The notes under the pieces are model-generated. The model was given only the letters and a program-made list of their open reading frames with translations. It did not search any database and was not told where the DNA came from. DNA of 64,000 nucleotides from Bilabrum cf. latius. Taxonomy: Eukaryota. The stretch is from positions 868,001-932,000 of the forward strand of contig OZ237738.1 in NCBI GenBank assembly GCA_965178125.1, given 5' to 3'. Both the position numbers and the translations under genes were made by a program. Positions 1 through 12,575 of the stretch are shown in pieces; within the stretch, counting starts at the first letter, position 1; each line of letters begins with the position of its first letter.

Positions 1-730
1 ACAATGGCCAGACGTACTACCACAACACGACGGGAATGACCGACTATGACAACTTCCTGAGGACAGACGCGCCCGTCAGCTTTGGCTATTTCTCCCAGTA
101 CATGACCCAGCCCTCTGTTCGCAAGGCGCTGGGCGTAGGCAATGCGACCTTTCATTCCGGTCTCGAGGTCGAGAAGCACCTCCTGACAGACTTTATGGTG
201 ACTCTGCTCCCAGAGTTCATCCAGATCCTCGAGTCGGAGGCGAACTACAGGGTGCTTGTGTACTCTGGTAACCTCGATGTGAGATGGGATGGGATGCTGG
301 CAAAATGAAGTGTGACGGGTGCTGTGCGGCTTTCGATGTGCCGCATCGCTTACACCCCCGCCCCGCCATGTCCCTGTTCAACAACCGAGTGCTTCCTCTC
401 CTTCGCATGTATCTCTCACTGCGCTTTCGCTTAGCAAACCTGTATCCCCGTATCCCTATGCTGCCGCAGGTCATCATCGGCGCCCTGCTAACCGACAACT
501 TCGTGGACAAGATGCAGTGGAGCGGTGCTGCAGAGTACGCCAAGGCGGAGCGTGCCATCTGGAACACCCAAGGGCAGACCGGGGTCTCCGGGTACGTCCG
601 CCGCGCCAAGAACTTTGCCCGAGCGGTCGTGCGTTCGGCCGGTCACATCGTTCCCTACGACCAGCCGGAGCGTGCCCTAGATATGTTCCTCCGTTTCAAG
701 AATGGGGAGATGCCATTCTTCTCCGAGTGA
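1..730 (+). CDS. Serine carboxypeptidase (peptidase S10, CPVL-like), 3' part; join(<1..278,470..730)
   Basis: Removing a GT..AG intron at 279-469 gives RVLVYSGNLD|VIIGA (catalytic Asp motif). AGHIVPYDQPERA carries the catalytic His. Ends TGA at 728-730. Confidence 0.9.
279..469 (+). other. Spliceosomal intron (191 nt)
   Basis: GTGAGA donor and CCGCAG acceptor. Splicing restores the S10 motif in frame. Confidence 0.85.
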
Positions 731-1219
731 TCGGGGGCATGACTCCGAGTGAGCATGAGCATGACTCGGAGGGGGTGTGGGTGGGACATCGTGCATTGCA
801 ACCCTTGAATCGGCATGGATTGCAGTGCGCTGTGGTAAGCGGGGTCGTCGCGTCTTCTGTTGGAGTGTGCAAGGCATGTGCATGCTTTCCTGGAGAAGAC
901 AAGGGAAAACGTACAGTTGGTGCTCCCGAGGGGCAGATCGATGATAATCGGTGTCCAGCCATAAACGCTGTGGCGCAGGTGCTGATGCACGTGCTGCTTT
1001 TTTGGCCGGTGCAGTTGCTAGACACCGTAGTGTGTGCCAGCAGGCAGGCAACAGGCAGGTGCCACGCTCCTGCCGGTCGCTGGTGGTCTGCTGTAGTGCC
1101 GCTCATCGAAACGCTTCTTTGGAGTAATCGCATATTTTTTGCAGTCATCCGTAGGTCTTTATTGATGGTGTGTTCGCGCATCGCACGCTCTCAAAGTCAC
1201 GAGGCCGACAGGCTCCCGG

Positions 1220-1813
1220 TTATCTCCTGCCCTACTCGCCTTGCTGCGCCACTTCAGCATCCTTAGTGGGGATTTCGCTCCCCAAGAACGATTCGAATGG
1301 ACTATTTTCATCCTAAGTCCTGCTAGATATCAACTGAATGCCAGCCTCTCCAGCACTCTTTTGAAGCTGCGCCAGCTGGGTGACATCGTCGCACAGCGGG
1401 TTGCCTGTCACATCCAGAAATCGAAGTGATTTCGGTGCAAGATCCTCTAGATTGAAACCTGTGATTGCATTGTCTGCTAAAGATAGCGCCTCGAGCTGCG
1501 TGCACTGCTTCCACAGCCCCGCGTGAGCGGATGTCAAGCAGTTGCTCGCTACGTCGACAGCGCACAGCCCGTCCAGGCCAGCAATTGACTCTGGCAGTGC
1601 AGTGAGCATATTTTTCTACAATATCAGAGCCGGTACACAACCTTCCAGCTTTGAAAGCACAACTGCAAGCCTGCAAGCACAAGCCCCACCTAGATGCTAA
1701 CACATTATGTTGCGGCAAAGCAGGTCCTTCGATGCGCGCATTTCGATGACCTACGATGTATGCTTGCATGAAAGAGCCTGCGCAAGACTTCTTGAGCGCC
1801 GTACCCCTTTCAT
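1220..1813 (-). CDS. Leucine-rich repeat protein (~197 aa, reading TAG as Gln)
   Basis: ATG at 1813 to TAA at 1220, interrupted only by TAG. LRR consensus in LIL(TAG)KNMLTALP, VDVASNCLT, LSLADNAIT and LDVTGNPL. Confidence 0.75.
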
Positions 1814-1965
1814 AGGCGAGATATGGTTATTCGTACATTTTCCAGAGTTGCACAGGTTCCCTTCGGTTCGTCAGGGTTCGCAGGCCGGTATTACGGCCCG
1901 GTAATCGAAATGTACAGGCTTCTACCGCGTTCACTGTATCGTATCTCATGCATTGACTGGCATAA

Positions 1966-4020
1966 ATGTTATTTGCGGGTTGTTTGCTTTTGGGATGCGG
2001 CATTTTGCATGTAATCGGGTGGCGCTGGGACGGAGTCTCGTCAACTGCCGACGAGCCACCACCGCTGTGGGAAGCCAAACTAGTTTCATTCGCCTCACAC
2101 CATGCGTACATGCTTGGGGGAGCTCGACTGCGAAAGTCGGGTATGCATGCAGTCTCAACAATTTACGAGCTGAATATATGGGAAAGCAACGGGGCACAGC
2201 CCTTGCTAGACGATGATACGGCGGACGATAACTCAAGATTCGCTGATGATACACAGAATGACGACCCACTACCCCCTGAAGCGTAGTCTGTGTGGAGCTC
2301 ATGGAGTTTCGCTAGCCCGGAAAGACGGCCTATTTCAAAGGCAAGGCACTGGGATGTTCAGTGGACGCGTCTTGAACAGACGCTTAGCTAGCCGCGTGCC
2401 GGGCATGCTGCACACATACTGAGCATTCCCCGCCACTGCGATTCCATGCTGCGTGGAAACGCCTTGACTGACTGGATTTTAATGTGGGGCGGCTCATAGA
2501 GGAACGACGTCGAGCTCATTCATGCAAGGAAGCCCTCCCAACGACACGTCGCTCGGCCCTTGAAAGCAGACGGACAAGACGCTGCGGGCAATCGCGAGCC
2601 GCCTTCCCGAGCACAGATGGGCTCTACCGTCGTACCATTCGATGAGCTGTCTAGCAACTTCGTCTCTTGGCAGCCTGGTGATGGTGATGCAGCCATCAAC
2701 CGCAAGAGCCGCCGCAGCTCAGATCGCTCGGACAGAAACATGAACATGCCTGCCCTGTTTGTTGTGTACGGCGGACGCAAGACCCACAGTGATGCGCACT
2801 CGCGCAGGATGCGACAGACAAGCAGCCTTTCCGACTGTGCCGCTGCACCGCCAGCGGCGGCATGCGCACACAAGCCGGAGGACAGCTGGGACAGCAGGGC
2901 ATCCAGCCAGCAGTCACGACAGGGATCGGGTAGCGTTGAAATTCTGCACGGTGGCTCCACTAGTGGGTGGCAGGCATCCCCTGAAGATGAAGGGGCTCTC
3001 GGAGATCTGTGGATTCTGCCCATTTGGCAAGCCGCAATCAAGAGCGGAGGATCAGGGGACACAGTGGAGGGTATTTCGGGTGGGAAGCAGGACTCGTTCC
3101 ACGCAGGTGATTGCAATCACACGCAGTGGGTAGTCCCCATCTTTGTGGATTCAATGCAGCACGTGCTGTCTGAGACAGCTGCTTCGCACGAACCGCCGCA
3201 CGCAGGAGCTAGAAGCATCGGAAGCACCAGCAGTCAGCTGGCCGGCCTTGATGCAACAGACAAGCTGTCGCCGTCTGCCAGTACCGGTCCGTCGCCGCGC
3301 TGGGCCACCTCCATGAATTACCTGGGGCTGTCCAGCCAAACCGGTCTCCTGCCACCTGGAACGGGAACCCCGGGCGATGTGGATTGCGCAGTGCTGTCAC
3401 TGGTGGGTGGCAGGATCTCAGAACGGGCTGACTAGTCGGCTGACGATGCGTGGCTGCTATTTCTGTGCCCTGGAGCGCACTCTGGTGGTGCCAGTGGCAT
3501 CAACAACATTCACGTGATGGCGACCTGGCAGCAGGTCCGGATCGTCGGGCAGTACCCGCAGTTTGGGGCCAGCGCAGTTGTGCTGGGCGGTCGGTTGCCG
3601 GGGAACAAAAGAGCGCTGCAGGTGGTTCGCATCGGCGGTGGGGTCGTATGGCGCGGTCGCTTTGGAGTGGATGTGGTAGACTTTGATTCTAGGGAGCTCA
3701 TCCTGCCTGGTGTGCAGGGGCCTGCGCCGGAGCACGGAGATGGCGTGGCGGTGTGCATCGTGCAGGTGGAACCGGTAGGCGAGACCATCGAGGTGCAAGA
3801 TGAAGTGGTGTTGGCATTCGGTGGGTTTTCTGCGTTCGAAGGGGTGGTGAGCGACCGCCTGGAAGTGCTGAGTAACGCCTTCCAGGACAAGAGCGGGAGG
3901 GATGCATGGGTGCTGCTGGCGGTGGGCGGGGCGGCCTTGGCTGGGATTCCCGTGTATTTGGCGCACATTGCTGGCTGGTTTGATCGGCTCGGCGCTTGTT
4001 TGTGCTGCCAACAGTTATGA
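1966..4020 (+). CDS. Kelch-repeat-like beta-propeller protein (~684 aa, reading TAG as Gln)
   Basis: ORFs 1966-2286, 2560-3435 and 3514-4020 share one frame and are separated only by TAG. Kelch-like motifs: AYMLGG, PRAGHAAHIL..ILMWGG, LFVVYGG, PSPRWATSM..LSLVGG, PAPEHG..VLAFGG. The 3' end may be spliced. Confidence 0.65.
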
Positions 4021-4098
4021 TGCTGCACCAATAAGATTTTCTTGTTTGATTTGTCGATTCCGACCGTCGGCATATGTATGTGCAGCACTGACACTAGT

Positions 4099-5958
4099 TC
4101 AAGGTTTCGCAGCAGCCTTCGCCCTAACTACCTCAAGGCAGGTGCGAAGCCTGCCGGCATCAAAGCCCACTGCAGTGATCTATGCCTCCATGCTAGCGCC
4201 CGGCACCCGCAGCGTGGCGAAGGACGAGTGGGCCTCGCCCGTGCCTGCACTCTTCCCTGTGGCGGCATGGGCATGGGATGACGACGATGTGGAAACAGAG
4301 GTGCGTCGCTCCAGCGGCTTTGCTTCGCAGTCGAACGACCGCCACTCACAAGCGCATATAACGTAGTAATGCGGGCTTCTATCTGTCATTCCGGGCTGCA
4401 GGATCAGCACGCCAGCGTCACTCGCGACCACCGCCACTGCATGCTTGCCGTCGTCGTCTGGAAGACCCACCAAATACCGCAACCCCGGAGGCAACGCTTC
4501 GACTTCCTTGCTCGGCCAGATGCGTTTGACATCTAAGATCACGGGGAATGCCACCGAGCCCGCGCATGGGTTGCATTGCATCTCGCCGGCCACGCCGCGG
4601 TGGATGGCGTGCCGCTGCTCGTCCGACTCGCCCCGCTTGAGCAGCTCTTCCGCTCGCTTGCTCGCGTCTGCGAGCACACCGGCGCGTGCCTTACCCTCTG
4701 GATCCACGCACTGTGGCAGGACCTCGTCCAGGAAATCGAACTCGCCGCCCAGGATGCCCTCAAGGTTCTCTGGATCACCGCGCGCTAGGGCTAGAACGGA
4801 ATCTACCAGCATGGCTCTCTTGTGACCACTCGACGCGTCGATCGCCACGAGGCCGTTTTGCGCCTCGTCGAGCATCTGCGCGAACTGCACCTCGCCCTCC
4901 TCGGCGCACTGGATCGAATCTGACAGCCCGCGAGCCACCGAGTCGGGCAGGCTTGCTTCTCGCAACAGGTGCGAGGCCACCTCTTCGCACAGCACTGATA
5001 GCTGCACGGAAGAAATGGGGACGCTGGTTTGACTGCTTATAGTCCCATCAAATGCGGTGCCGGACCCAGAGGCAGCCTGGCCGCCCGCTGCACCACCGGC
5101 GACCCCTGCCAGTGGTCCGGCATCCCGGGCCAGCACAGCCAATCCCGCCTGCCCAGGTCCAGATGGGTGGCTGAGGTATCTCACCCTAGGAGGGGGTGAC
5201 ATACTTAATAGAGATTGCGTTGATTGAACGGTGGATTGATGGGAAGGCTTGCTGTTTGTCGCGCCACTCTACGACTGGCTCGTCTCGTCTGACATACGAC
5301 CCACGATCTGGAACACCATTGCATCATCACTCGGAGCCAGCGGGTTGATTTGCAGTGTACTAACAATTTGTTTAGCTACACTAGACCCAAGACACACTTT
5401 TCTCATCGAGAGACGACACTCAAGCTCTGGATACATGGCCTGCCACTCAGCAACCTCGTGAGCAAGGATTGCTGCGTCTGGAAGTGGCTGTGACAGCTTC
5501 ACAATGAGTGAGGGGCCAAGAGCAATTTCATGCACAGGATCGTCGTCTACATCTTCGTCTTCGTCGTCGCTAGCGTCTAGTTTTTCGTGCGGTTCTATGC
5601 ACAGACTCCACTGGTGTACGCAGTTTGAGGCGACTACTTCAGGAACCCCAATCAGGTCACCAAAGATGCGCGTTAGTGCACCTAATACAGTTTCAGTCTC
5701 TCGCATAACAAAGGGAACCTCTATCATCGCACCATCTGGATACTCGACCGGAATCCTGCCAACGGAAACACTGGCCGAGGCAACGGTGCTGCCCGCGAGG
5801 CGAGGCTGAGCAGACCCAGCCGGTACAGATGGCCGCCTTGGTGCAGGAGGTGGTTTAGGCAAGACTTGAGTTCCAGACATTTGCTTGATAACCTATGTTT
5901 TGGTGTAATCGAGTTGGTGCTGTGGATCAAATCTGCGTTTTCCGGTTTTGAGGGTGCT
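4099..5958 (-). CDS. Hypothetical protein, probably the last exon of the gene starting at 9185
   Basis: ORFs 5269-5880 and 4180-5202 are in one frame joined through TAG and end at TGA 4099-4101. The frame opens just after a TCCTCTGTGCAG acceptor-like site at 5959. A phase-0 GT donor at 6041 would join it to the upstream frame. Confidence 0.55.
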
Positions 5959-5975
5959 CTGCACAGAGGACCACG

Positions 5976-8900
5976 TCAACCACTCCAATCAGCCCACGCA
6001 GCGGCGTCTTCTATTTGAATTCCCTCGCATGATCCATGCACACCATCTCTACCTCGTAGCAGGCTAGCGTCAAACGGGAGGGAGGCATCTGTGGCCGCGG
6101 CCCGCTGTGCGACCGATCCTGGCCCCCACCTTTCTCCCGCGAAATCCATCGAGTCTTCGCCAAACCCAGAGTGGTACTAGGTATCAAGCATCACGTTTAA
6201 GCTATCTATTCCACTTCCGTTTACTCGAACCGGCCCCGTTAAGCCGGACAGCAGAGCAATCTGACTCGGCAAATTGGGGTCAAGCGGGAGATTGCCCGTC
6301 CTGGTCGCAGCAACGTGCAATGCACCTTTGCACAGTGTCCCGGTCGGCAGGGTCTCCTCGGGTCTGGACCGTTCCGTGTTTTGATCTCCGCGATGGTCGA
6401 GAGACGCGGCCCCGACCCCGTGCCCCACCGGCACCAGCCCGACCTGCTCGGCAGCCCCCACCATGGCAGCTCGGAGCAGAAATCGCCAAGCCGAGCTGGG
6501 CCCGTCAGAATCGTTGTGGACAGGTCGCGTGGCTCTGGGCAATTCATAGTTGGTCACATCAGAAGACCCTTCCAAGTGCACCGGGACAGTGCTAGCCCAG
6601 CTCCCGGTGTCCGGCCGCCACGTCGGTCCGCTATCCCGGCCAAAGCTCCCATTGCCAGCCGATGGCGATACATTCTCCGCGTTCTGTTTGCACAGCTACT
6701 CATCTAGCCTTCGTGCAACCTCTGCGATCACCAGGGCTTCTGCTGGCACAGCAGCGAGCAGAGTGGCAGCCGATAGCAGCTGTAGCGCGGTTGTGGTTTG
6801 TCCTCGCTTCAGAGGGTTCGGTCCGGCAACGTTGCTGCCGGCCGCCCCAGCGCCCTTGCACGTTTGGGATAATACATTGACCTTCACGTGTCCGATCGTC
6901 TGTTTCAAGCACGACTGCCTGGCCCTTTGAGATAGTGCCCAGTCGATCAAGGAACCTTGAGCTAGCTCCGCGTCGTGACTGGTCCCGGACAAAGACAAGC
7001 ACGACTGCAGCGCTTTCTCCCCGATACAGCGCAGCTGCCTTGAATTGTTGCGCATCATTGCTTGCACTGGATCAGTCAGCCAGGGGGCATCGTACCACCC
7101 TATTGGTACCTTTGCCTCTATTTCGTGCTCCAACGGTGCAGCTTGGGACGATTTCCAGCCAAGAGAAGCATTGCCCGCGTGTGCTCCATGCCCTGCATTG
7201 CCTGCATGTCGGTACAATAAACCCTTGTCCCCATGGCCAGGTGCCTCTTGTTTGTCTAGAGAGGCGACAGTTGCCATGCGGCTCCATTTCCACGGCAATT
7301 CCACGACAGGAGGCAAGCTGCTCTCGATCTACAGCGCATCTGCCATCCCTCGAGAGCCACGGATCACAGCATCCAGGGGGTCACCGCGCTCACTGCTCCG
7401 ACTCTTGTATGCTGGAAACGGATACAAACGATGATCAACGCCTGCAAAGGCATACGCGGCCACGCGCACGCGCCAGTCCTGGACGCTGTCGAGGTTCAGC
7501 CACAGCGAGTCGAACGAGTGCCGCCTGCCAACCCAGGAAGCCATGTGTCTCGCTACTCCAAAGAAATCAGTCGCAAACGGCTATTCGTAGCGACCACTCT
7601 TCAGCTCTCCTCGTTTCCTATCCCAGTGGTTCACCGAGTCGAGCACCGCAACCAGACGGTCCAGCCTCTCGACGGCTGTGCTTGCACCGCCTCCGAACTT
7701 AGCACGGGCCATTCCATCCAGTCCACCCAGCACAGCTTGCGGCAATATGCCCAGATTTGCGCCAAACAGCTACACCTCCAGGAAAGTGTACAACAAGGCA
7801 CGCGTGCTTTCGTATCGGGCGGCCGGCACAATGACACCAACAGTGCGGCGCAGCAAGCTGTGGATCGCCAGGGCGGGATCTGCCACAGCATAAATCACCC
7901 TGTGTGCCCCCATTGCAGCAAGTATTCCGGGAAGCATAGCGTGTTTCGCATTGTCCGTGTTGCTCTTGCTGTTCAGCATCCTTGTGACGTTCTCGAACCT
8001 CAACGCGCCGAGATCATCGTCCGCGGCAGGAGACGCGTTGCTAGATAGCTCAAACCCGAGGCCTTTGCAAAGGTCAGTCACCTGTCCAGAGCCAGGCGCA
8101 GTGCGAAGATCCTACCACTGGCTTAAACACTCCAAAATACTCCGCGTTGGGTCCAGCCCTTCGGCTGTGCCTTTGCGGAGTAACGCTGAGCGAGCCTGTG
8201 GGGCAGTGCCGCTTCGGTTGCCCACGCTGCTCTGGCTTTGCTGTCCTTGTGGACCGACTTCAAGCCAGCGTTTGCTCTCGCCAGCCAGACCTACGGCTAC
8301 TGCCTGAAATGCCGTGTCCGAACCCTTCAAGAGATCCACAACGATAGCGTCTCGCACACCACCATACCCGACCACCGCGACCTGCTGGGAGGGTGCCACA
8401 GCGGTAGCCGTTTGGATGAATGGTTGCTCGCTTAAAGGAGAGAGCAGGGACTTGACACAGTTGCTGCCGCTGCTGTTCACAACCTATGGAGACGAGGAAC
8501 AGCCATGAGTGGACCGGAGCTGCAGCAGCCGAGCAGCAGACCCCCGAGCACTGCCGCCGGAGCGGGTTTTGAACCGAGACAATCGCTCAAAAACTAATTT
8601 GACTAGCTATGGTGCCTAAACCGATCCAACATTCAGCACTTTACGGCCATCACGAGCAGCCGCGAGCGCATGCTCCAGTATCCGAAGTCGGGCGTTGCCG
8701 GCGAGCCTTAGCAGCTCGAACACATCGTGCTTCCGCTGGTCGTGCGCCATAATTCCGGTCAACAACTTGCAGCTCCTATCATATTCACGGTGCGATACCT
8801 GCAGCCCGAGCATCTAAGCGAGTACGAAGTCTTTGAGCCGCCTTCGCTGCACACTGGAGCTGGCATTCTGCACTCTGGGCACTATGATGGGAGCACATAT

Positions 8901-9185
8901 AACATGGCGGTGCAGAAGTCTTGAAACGAAGTTCGAATTCCGGAAGCTGCGGCTGCCATTCGCAGGCAAGTTAATGCGGCTCTGGTAGCGACACATTGGA
9001 GCAGACACGGTGATCTATCGCAATGCACAGGTGGCCCCAACATCCATATGATACACAGGCGGCCTGAATGTGTTGACAATAGAACCGCTTATCACATTGA
9101 AAGCAACATCGATAGCTCCTATCGTGGTCCCGGATACAGCAAAAAGGGACGACAGTACACTGAGCAACACGAAGCAGAATACCAT
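5976..9185 (-). CDS. Large secreted hypothetical protein (signal peptide; weak sulfotransferase-like motif)
   Basis: ATG 9185 begins MVFCFVLLSVLSSLFAVSGTTIGA. Seven ORF-track fragments from 9008 to 6177 are in this frame, joined only by TAG. First TGA at 5976, or the gene splices 6041-5959. Confidence 0.6.
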
Positions 9186-9533
9186 CGTCTTTCAGCTGAA
9201 AAATCAGGAGAAAATCACAGACATAAATTCTATACCTTGGTAACAATCATTCTGCACGGCAGTGCAAATGTGTACGACCTGTATTCGTTGTTATTTTGAA
9301 CATTTGCATAAACCTGTTCATCGCATAAACTGCACTGCACTGACGATAGCTCTCGCGATGATTTCCTCGAACTTTCCACAGCGTCGGACGTCATGTACGT
9401 AAACAAAGTTACGTAGTGGTCGATAGCCTTAATTGTAGTATTGTGTATTGCTTCAGCAGCGTACTGGTCACTGGGATTCGGCGGGGCGGCTGCCACGGGG
9501 TCAACTGAACCACTCGTGAACGGGCTTTATGCC

Positions 9534-12497
9534 ATGCAAAACCGGTGGAAAATTGGTTAGATGTACCTCAGAGTCTAGCCCGGTACTGGAAGAATGGTTG
9601 ACGTGTCATCACTGATGCTGCTGAACTCGGGTTTGCTTGGGAACATCGAGAAGAGTCCTCCGATTGCCGAAGACACTACGGTTATCACGCAGCAGTTACC
9701 GGCAGGGGGGGATATGTCCGATGCGCGTTGGACAATTGGCCCTCTGGTGGCATCCAGCCCGCGGTATTTTATTGGAGAGCAGGGGGAAGGGACAGAAACC
9801 CCAGACCAAACGGACTGGTGCTGCGGACCTGGAATCCCCAGAGTGCAGGGCTTCGGCCCATCACCAGCAACACTTGAAGAGATAGTCGACAGCGCGAAAT
9901 CCAATTTTCTTGCATCTGATAATGCGAATGGTGGAAGAGCAGTGCTTTCCAATCTCCTGGGTCGCCCAGTGGACGTTCTCGTGATTTTAATCTGCGCGTG
10001 GCTGTTCATCCGGACTGCTTCGGGTGCAGTGTCTCTCTCTGCCGTGCACGTGTCGGCCGAACAGGCATGGTATTAGACAGAATACTTTCGGTTCTTTTCC
10101 TCGGCGTTTGCGCACGGGGGCATCATGCACATTGGGTTCAATCTTTCGACGCTCTACACAGTTGGGCAGGTGGAGCCTGGGTACGGCTCGATCGTGTACC
10201 TCACTTACACGATTGCAATGGTGTTGCTGTGCGGGACAATTGCTTCGCTCATCTCTATCGCTCTGGCTCGCCGCCTGGCAGGAGCGGGCGCAGGCGAGGA
10301 CGCCACTGCCGGGGCGCAGCGGATCTTACAGCCCGCCGTAGGCTATTCTGCTGTGCTGTTCGCATGGCTTGTGGTCGCCACTTCCCAACGGGAGTCATAC
10401 TGCCCCGTCCCCATGGCGCCGGGACTATGCCTCCCAACGTGGAGGGTGCCGGTCCCCTTCAGTGGAGGCGTGACGATCCCTGTCAACCTGGCTCCTTTCC
10501 TCTCCCTGGCATTCATTTAGCTGTTCATTCGCAGGGCCTCGTTCGTGGGCCACCTTGCCGGCATAGTGGCTGGGTATCCTTTGTCCTGGGGTGCGCTGTC
10601 TTGGATGTCCTTGCCCATGCTGACACATCTCGTACTACTCTTGGGCGCGCTGCATGCCGCCGCTGTATGGCACGGCAAGGAGGCGTCAAGGAGGGGCGTG
10701 CTGTGGGCCAGCAATGGATGGACGGGCCCGTGTGCCTAGTGCATGGGGGTATGCTCCAGGTGTACGCCAGGGCAACTATAGAACCAGGGCAATGATGGTG
10801 CCCCAGCAGCAGCCCAGCCGCAGCTTCAGCTGTAGTAGCACCAACAGCAGCAAGAGGAGGAGGGTGACGTGACTGCAGCGAGGGACCGTGCGGCTGCTGT
10901 TGGTGGGATCGGATGGTTTTGGAGAGAGAGCGGCGCATTGGCTGGCGCTGGTGGGGGTGGCAGTGCCATGTAGGAAAGTGGTGGTCGGTTCACCGGCGTG
11001 GGTGGCACGGCAGGCGGGGAGCAGGTGTGGGTGACCCCGCGGTCGGACATTCGCGTCATCGATCCGGCAGGGGACCGGCCGGGCGCAAAGCTGGTGCCGA
11101 TTCTCCTGGTGGCTGGCCTCGGCTGCAAGGTGATCGGTCTGCTGCTGCGCGTGGCAGTCTTCGACTGGCGGTCGATCATTGCCGAGCTGGCTGGGTGCGC
11201 TGCAGCCTGGATTGCCATCAGTGGGATTGCGTAGCGACTCGCCGCACCTCCTGCACTGCCCGCCCCGCAACCCAGGAGAAGTGGTGCCAGCAGGATCACT
11301 CCGCATAGCCACGCAGTGTCTGGCCTACCCGTGGAAGGTGGAACCTCTAGCTCGCAGCGCGACCCAGACGCAGAGTCTGCAGGCTTGCTGCCAGCCGATG
11401 GAGCAGCAGACCGAGCGCCAGGCCCGCGCCAAGCAGCGTCGGCAGGCTCGAGACTTGAAGCTGTCTTGCGAGCAATCACTTCGTGCCTGCCAAATCTGTC
11501 TGTATTGCGAAGCCCCTGGAGGCTGGTTGGCTGGATGCACGACCTGGCAAGACGCAACGGATGCTTGCCGGGAATCTCCGCCGAGTGGGCGTGCGTTTGC
11601 TTGGGACTTGCTGCTGGACTTGATCTGATCAACTCCTCGGGAACCTCAGCTTCGATGGTTGTGCTGCAGGATGTCTACCGCCAGCTCGGCGCGACGTGGG
11701 CTGGCATTGCTGCGGGCTGGTGCGCTGTCTGCCTCAGTCTGGCCTCTGCTTGCCTCCTTCTCGGTGCTTTCGTAGCCGTGTATAGTCTATCTCGATTTAC
11801 TGCCATAGAAGTAGGAATCGCTACTCTCTATCGGGTATTTCTGGGGTCTGGAGCTGACTAGGCTAATGGGGCCTCTGCCTATGAGGGGTAGGCTGTAGAG
11901 GCACCGCGCTGGCTGGTGGGATCTCGCACCGTTATTGTCGGTGGGGTTGCAACCAGCGTGGACCGGGACGGGACGCGAAGAGTGAACCTGGGCGAATCCA
12001 TGTCTGGATAGGTTGATCCCGAGGCGTACGACGCAAGGACAATGGCAGAAGTAGCAGAAGATGCTGAGCTCGGAACTCGAAGGCAGGCAAGCGGTCGGGC
12101 TCCGGATGGTGCCGCCGCGCCGTGGCAACGAAATGTGGGTTCGGCAGGAGGCCAAGGATAGGGCTCGAGGGATCCTGTCTTGGACCGCATGCTTGGTGTT
12201 AACCCAGCATCGCCAGACCGAGCGGATGCATCATCGAACGGCACCGGAGGTGCTTCAGCTGCACAAGGACACCGGGTCGGTGGTGAGGTGCCAGCCTCGT
12301 CAAGCGCAGCGCAGTCTGCGACTGATAGACGGGCAGCGAGGGCAGCTGCTTTGGATGCTAGGCGTCTTGCTGCATCGAGAGTTGGAAGAGCAGGCGTAGA
12401 CAATGGCATCTAGGAGAAAACGCCAAATCTACCAGCCGGACGGCGGGACCAGCAGGCCTCTACAAGACTTGGAAACAGTGATCGTACGGGGAAATAA
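9534..12497 (+). CDS. Rhomboid intramembrane serine protease (RHBDD1/RBL-like) with a long C-terminal extension (~987 aa)
   Basis: EYFRFFSSAFAHGGIMHIGFN, catalytic AVGYSAVLF, and FI(TAG)LFIRRASFVGHLAGIVAG with the catalytic His. One frame to TAA 12495-12497 when TAG=Gln. The start could be 9534 or 9594. Confidence 0.85.
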
Positions 12498-12575
12498 CGA
12501 AAGTTGCATGGATCCGATACACATTAATATCATCATTATGCTTCTTTAATCCTTTGGATCTAGATATCTGGAAAT

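Noticed and set aside
319-1266. 315-aa ORF overlapping the carboxypeptidase
   Set aside because: It starts inside the intron in another frame and has no recognisable motifs. It is a GC-rich shadow ORF.
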